From the NCBI GenBank assembly GCA_000002445.1, contig CM000208.1, forward strand, positions 672,001-736,000: DNA of 64,000 bases, written 5' to 3'. The notes beneath the pieces were generated by a model. That model was not told where the DNA came from and did no database searches. It saw only the letters and a list, made by a program, of their open reading frames with translations. Of this stretch, positions 58,737 through 64,000 are shown in pieces. Positions within the stretch are counted from its first letter, which is position 1, and each line of letters starts with the position of its first letter. Source of the DNA: Trypanosoma brucei (lineage: Eukaryota). The translations under genes and the position numbers were made by a program.

Positions 58737-59880
58737 TAGATCTTATAAAACCAGCTGATAACCACAAGGGGAAACTATTGATCGTCACAGCATACATCAC
58801 ACGTTTTCCGACACTGATATTTGTTTCCCCTTTTGTTTCCATTGTTTTTCCTTTGTTATTACTACCGGTCATCTTCCGAATGCTGAGGTATTTTGTGTTG
58901 ACGTGGGTATTATGTAATCCATGTTCCTGCTCCTCTTCATAACGCTCACTTTTATTGTTATTCTACCACACATCACAGTTGTCCGTGAGTATTTATGTTT
59001 CTTGTGTCTTGTCTCAACTGGGAGACCGCTAAATGTATTTCACTATTTTTTAATTTTTTTTCTACGTAGCCATACGAAATCTCTCTACCTCCGACCGCCG
59101 GGGGAAGTTATCGCGCAGTAACTACCGTGAATATGAGGAACATTTGCTAGCCACCGGTGTGACCCGAGTTTACTTTTCTTTCCCCTCTTCCCCGGTGCGG
59201 TGGTGAGATCCCTCCAACGGCGGATCTTTCCGGATGCTCGAAGTGCTCATCTGCCTTCCCATTGTTGAGTTGGAGGAGTATTGTTGATTGTTGAATGAGT
59301 GCGAGAAAAAAGTCTTTGCTGAACTTCTCTTTTAGTGGCGAGGCTCTGTTGTTGGATCGGTTGATTTCTGTATTTTATGTTGTGCGCGGCAGTAGAAGTA
59401 CTTACTTTGTTATCGTTCATGGTGACACTCTCATCGGTATGTTGTTATATCTTCGCGTATCTCGTGACCATTAACGTGAGTTTCACATCAAGGTGGATGT
59501 GCTGCAATCAAATGAAAGGGACTGGGGGGCATGTGGTACAAACCGCGATAATTATCAGTATATTTTTACCACTCGGGTTATGACATTACTGTCGTTACTG
59601 TATATCGTCCTATGTTTACATTTGCTCATTTCTGTCTTAGAGTTCCCCCTACGTTTTTTTGTTTCAACTGTGTGTCTTGTACCGCCACTATCCGTCCGGA
59701 GCTGACCCTCACCTGCGCTGCGCAAAGTTTGAGAGAATAAGTAAAGGAAAGTTGACTGAAAGAGCATACTTATAGTAGCGGAAGCACTGCGAAATAGGGA
59801 CCGTAAAAGAATATCGTGAAAGCAGGGAGGCTTTTGTGGTTTTCCAGGAGGGAGAGGAGGGAAACAACGCAGGAACTTTG

Positions 59881-62370
59881 ATGGATTGGGCCCTCTTTAG
59901 CCGTGCTGTGGAGGATAGCGATGAGCCAACGCCTGCCTATATTTATCGTGAAGTGGCAAGGTGGACTATGCATGACTTGAGGTTGCAGAGGAAGCTTATT
60001 GACGCCCTCTTTACGGAGTTGAACACAACATCAAGCCCACGAGTGATGTGTAAAGTGTTGCGCATAATTAAAGCTGTTTGCGAAATGGGACATGACGGCT
60101 TCCAGCAAGAAGTTCAGAAGGGCAGTCGAGTGGCGGTAGTAAAAAGATTTGTTAGTCATGGCGCCGTTCCAGGAAATGCGCAGCATTCTCAATTGTGCGA
60201 AAAAGTTCGTCAGACGGCACGGGAGGCAATGGAGGCGATCTTTGGAGACCACCAAGAAATACGGAAGGCTGCGATGACATCGTATGGAAGTGGTAGTAGC
60301 GTAGATGTCAAACATTGTCGAAGTGGGATTGCGTCGGCTGGTGGGGGTGTGAAGCAACCAACAGAATCAACTACGGGCACTACTGGTGTTCTAATTTCAA
60401 CCGTAGCGGAAAAGGTTGTGTCGAGTCTTGGTATTCTGACGAAACGAGAAGAGGTTTTGCGTCGTGCGCACGCGAAGGAGCAACTCTACAGTGATATTAT
60501 TAGGGCCACTTCGAGCAACTCTGGAGAAGGACTCCTGTCTGAAGCGGACATGAGGGTTCTTCATTGTCATGACTCGGGGGTGGCTTTCGAACCGCCGCCA
60601 TCTTCAAATTGCGAAAGCAATCACAGCACTGACAGCGCATGGGGATTCATAAGCGGCAATCAAAAAGTTGGGGACGGCTCCGTCGCGTGTGTGAAGGGTG
60701 CTGGTGTCAGTGGTCACTCACCGCAGCCACCTAACCCCTTCCAGATCTGCGTCCAACGCTTGTGCCAGGTGAAGAACACGCCACAGCGGGTGGAGTTGTA
60801 CGGCTTCGTTACACAGTGCCTTGAAATAGGAGAGAAAATGATGCAGCAGCAGGGAAATTTTGTGGGTGGAGTTAGCGAAAAAGGTACCGAAGTAAGCTGC
60901 TGGAGCCTATTGGCTGAAGCGGTGGACGAGCAGATGACTCCTGTTCGTCCTTGGCAACGGCGCCTGAACGCCCTGACTGCGCTTGAGGCACTCTTGCTAG
61001 CACGTGGTGACGACCCCATGACATCACCGATGCGTCGTGATGTAGCAGATTACTTTTGTAAAAATCCCCAAGGTGTAGAGCGGAATGTTTCGGTTGTGCA
61101 AGCGACGTTACGAGAGCAGGCGCGCCGTCTTGTGGAACTTCTTTGTCTTCCAGCAGTGATCTCAAACTCTTCGGTGACCGGCGACTTAGTTACGATCTCT
61201 ACTGCTGGCATCCCAGTGGTACCGAAGGAAGGTCAACTTGTGAAAGGTGTGTTCGACAACTTTAAAGGATCATCATCACCCGAGAGTTTAGTAGGCGGAA
61301 TGGAACATGTAGTTAGCACTGAAAATGTAACAACTTCACGTGGGCTGGATGTGACCGGCATGACATTGAGGGGTGCTCGTCACCGTTCCAGTAACCGTAC
61401 AACACTCAGAAGGCGAGCACCGGTGCTTGAGGCACGGAGAGGTGACATTGATGGTAAAGGTGTTTTCAGCGGTGACAGAGGACCATCTGAAATAAGTAGA
61501 AGTGCTGGTTGTGGTGGTGCTTCAACAGACGCCTTTCCTGCCGGAACAGACGCGGATCTGTGCCCGTTCCACTATGTTGATGAGAAGTTACGCGATGGGG
61601 GAGCAACACGTGACAAGTTTTTCACGGAGCAGGGCGCTTCCCCACCTATTGGCAACAGTGTGTTAGATGAGCTTTTTGGGGGAACAACAATGTGTTCCAC
61701 GGTTTGCCAAGCTCCTTCCGGATGTGCACTTCCCGCCGGTGGTACTAGTCTTTGGGGAGGTGGAACTGAAATAAATGGCTTTGACCCTTTTTCGGAAACC
61801 AGCGGTACTTCGGGCGACAGAACGACACTTCCGACTGCAACGTCGCAACAACAACTGAGGTCGTCACAGTCCTGGGCTTGCTTTGAACCGGCAAAGCAGA
61901 CTATTGATTCTGACGGGGACGGTCGTACGCCAAAAACAGCGAGCTTTGTTTCTCCTGAAGTTTTCACTGGAACGATCGCCCATGCAGTCGCAACATCAGG
62001 TTCATCTTATCAAATAGCTCAACCGCAGCAGCGGATGGAGTGGCTCACGGGCAACCCACAGGGAAGCCACAGCCCTGCAGGAGTTTCCCACTTTCAAGCG
62101 CCGCAAGCTCAGCAGCAGCATCTAATGCATCTAATCTCACAACCCCAACAATTGCAACCTGCGGACCGAATCAGCAGTGAGGCCGATGGCTTAACCCCCA
62201 CTGTCACTGTCGATCACTGCCCCAACACTACAACCGTGCACACACATTCACACTTTATGATGGGTGAGGTGCCCGACTCTGCCAATGCCGTGAGAGAAAC
62301 GCTCCTTAAGTTGCAGGCAGATATGAAAGCCAGTATATCTGCAGCGAAATTACAGTACCAAAGTGAATGA
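59881..62370 (+). CDS. ENTH/VHS-like domain protein, tepsin-like (AP-4 accessory-like), with a long Ser/Thr/Gly-rich disordered C-terminal region.
   Basis: First ATG at 59881; the track start at 59836 is GTG. The N-terminal AVEDSDEPTPAYIYREVARWTMHD...RVMCKVLRIIKAVCEMGHDGFQQEVQK resembles the tepsin ENTH domain (GTSDDDVPCPGYLFEEIAKISHES...GKLKVLKILLYLCSHGSSFF). The remaining ~700 aa are low-complexity. Confidence 0.55.
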   Translation: MDWALFSRAVEDSDEPTPAYIYREVARWTMHDLRLQRKLIDALFTELNTTSSPRVMCKVLRIIKAVCEMGHDGFQQEVQKGSRVAVVKRFVSHGAVPGNAQHSQLCEKVRQTAREAMEAIFGDHQEIRKAAMTSYGSGSSVDVKHCRSGIASAGGGVKQPTESTTGTTGVLISTVAEKVVSSLGILTKREEVLRRAHAKEQLYSDIIRATSSNSGEGLLSEADMRVLHCHDSGVAFEPPPSSNCESNHSTDSAWGFISGNQKVGDGSVACVKGAGVSGHSPQPPNPFQICVQRLCQVKNTPQRVELYGFVTQCLEIGEKMMQQQGNFVGGVSEKGTEVSCWSLLAEAVDEQMTPVRPWQRRLNALTALEALLLARGDDPMTSPMRRDVADYFCKNPQGVERNVSVVQATLREQARRLVELLCLPAVISNSSVTGDLVTISTAGIPVVPKEGQLVKGVFDNFKGSSSPESLVGGMEHVVSTENVTTSRGLDVTGMTLRGARHRSSNRTTLRRRAPVLEARRGDIDGKGVFSGDRGPSEISRSAGCGGASTDAFPAGTDADLCPFHYVDEKLRDGGATRDKFFTEQGASPPIGNSVLDELFGGTTMCSTVCQAPSGCALPAGGTSLWGGGTEINGFDPFSETSGTSGDRTTLPTATSQQQLRSSQSWACFEPAKQTIDSDGDGRTPKTASFVSPEVFTGTIAHAVATSGSSYQIAQPQQRMEWLTGNPQGSHSPAGVSHFQAPQAQQQHLMHLISQPQQLQPADRISSEADGLTPTVTVDHCPNTTTVHTHSHFMMGEVPDSANAVRETLLKLQADMKASISAAKLQYQSE

Positions 62371-64000
62371 AATCACTTGATGAAATAAAGGATATCAACC
62401 ATATTGTGACGGCCCAGCAAGAGAAGTGAGTGAAGGGGTTGGGCCGATAATGGAGTTTCATATCGTAAGTACAAAAGGGCTTAAAAATCAGTTCATGCTG
62501 AAAGTATCGTGCGTTCATACCTACATTCAACCTGAAAAATGTTTTAAAACTACACGACCGTAAGTACAAGAGGTGCGTCACACTTTTCTCATGCGTAGTT
62601 TCATTCGTTTGTTTTCGTATTGTTTTCGATCAAATCGCCCTCGTTCATTCTTTATTTTTCTTAGTTTTTTTCTTTGATTGTACAAAAAGTCCTTACTTCC
62701 TGTCACCACCTACTTTTGTTTTTGTTTAATATTGTCTCTTGTTGGCAACCTAAATATCGATTGAAGGGTGGGATTATATCCTCTTACGCGAACGTTCGTC
62801 ACCACCTGCAACGGCAACCGCTATCACCACTTGCTCGGCATTTACATATTTTGGGGAAAGATAGAACAGCTCAACAAATGATGAATTATTTTATGGGGAA
62901 TGCGGAAGCGAGTTAAATTCGGACATGGCAGAGAATGAACAAAGGGTGGCTTCTTGTTTCTTTTTCTTCTGCTTGTTTGTTTGTTCGTTCGTGTAAGTTT
63001 ACGTCTTGGCATCTGTTTGAAGAGAGGAGAAAATGATCGAAGCAAATAACATCTCTCTGTCAACATGTCCCCCCTTATTTTATTTTTCCTTACAAAACTT
63101 TATCTGCCGTTGTTTGCCCATACGTGTTTATTTTTCGCTTTAGTCTCTTCTCCATTTATTACGTCTCAGTTACTGCGCTTTACGTGTTCATTAATGACTT
63201 TCATCACATACATTTGCTGTTGAATTGCACCGTTTGCAACGGGATGTACCGCCTCTACCATTTCTTTATACTTTAAATCCCTTTTTCTTATTATTTTTTT
63301 GTTTTTTCATTTACCTTATAATAACCATCGCCATCAAGGTGTAAATATACGTACGTCTACGCAACCGTTTTAAAGGGGAGGGGCGTCGTGTAGCGGTTAA
63401 CGGTCCCCAAGGCTAAACGGGCGTGCGTGTGTACCGTCTATTCGCCTTTTCTTATTTTTTTTAAGAACAAAAAAATACACGTCATTAGAAGCCTCATATT
63501 TTTACAGGTTACCAAGTGCTGACACTCAATTCAAGGTGTGTGGAAGGAAAGGATAAGTTAGGAGAAATAGGCGAATAAAAACTCACGAGGTCGTGAAAAA
63601 GTAAAGGCAAGAATTAAAAAAAAAAAGAACAGGGAAACGAGGCAAGCTCATTGGGAGTGGAGAGCGTGTTCGTGATTGCTCTTGTCCACAGCCGCGACGT
63701 CGCACTTTTTCAGTAAATCAACGGAACAATATTCTCCTTAAAAGGTACCCTTTCTTCCCACATTACTTGCAGAGGGAGAGAGACAGCCGTGAGTGAGAAT
63801 AAATAAAAGGGGACTAAAGAACTAACAACCCCAACTCCGGCGACCCGCGAGCTAAAAAAGGAATAGAATCAGTTGTTTTTTTTTTCGTTTGGAAATAACT
63901 CCAAGGGAGAATAGCTCCTAGGAAAGGACAAAATACAGTGAAAAGGAAAGAGGATAATTTAAGCAAAAAAAAAGGGAGAAAGTAGGGAATAAAAACAGGA

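Noticed and set aside
1-64000. Searched by eye for retroelements (ingi/RIME/SLACS/VIPER-like), RHS/VSG-like ORFs, CRISPR-like spaced repeats and rRNA.
   Set aside because: I found no long terminal or inverted repeats, no reverse-transcriptase-like ORFs, no regularly spaced short direct repeats and no rRNA-like conserved blocks. Beyond the microsatellites and homopolymer runs listed, none of these is supported.

Overview
The window reads as a trypanosomatid nuclear chromosome-core segment, most consistent with an African-trypanosome-like Trypanosoma. Every credible gene is an intron-less ORF on the + strand, so the window is one unidirectional polycistronic transcription unit of about 26 genes with no strand switch. 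The genes are separated by 0.3–2.6 kb intergenic regions rich in polypyrimidine tracts, (TA)n microsatellites and C/G homopolymer runs, which are candidate trans-splicing and polyadenylation signals.

The supplied ORF track calls GTG and TTG as starts, so I moved CDS starts to the first in-frame ATG where needed.

Products I recognise from the translated sequence:
- p23 co-chaperone (CS domain)
- IST1 (ESCRT-III-associated)
- IFT81, carrying an extra C2H2-like zinc-finger insert
- a DPY-30-motif protein
- a sulfide:quinone-oxidoreductase-like flavoprotein
- MON1 (SAND family)
- the U3 snoRNP protein Rrp9/U3-55K
- a TruA/Pus1-family tRNA pseudouridine synthase
- a START lipid-transfer domain protein
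- a deoxyhypusine synthase paralog with large insertions
- a BCS1-like AAA ATPase with a long N-terminus and an acidic insert
- eIF5
- the RNA polymerase III largest subunit (C160-like, 1530 aa, no CTD)
- a candidate mitochondrial ribosomal protein S6
- ribosomal protein eS25
- the centriolar WD40 protein POC1
- a tepsin-like ENTH-domain protein

Several large or small ORFs have no assignable function. These include a 484-aa protein built from four ~120-aa tandem repeats that resemble the kinetoplastid calpain domain-I / SMP (DUF1935) module. Another is a 338-aa protein whose core resembles the pre-stalk segment of dynein heavy chains.

I found no rRNA, confident tRNA, CRISPR array or retroelement. 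I did not find a self-contained novel 'system' such as an operon-like cassette. The most interesting items are lineage-specific protein architectures and unusually long ORF-poor gaps at 15.1–17.7 kb, 29.2–31.3 kb and 62.4–64.0 kb that could hold unannotated small genes or ncRNAs.
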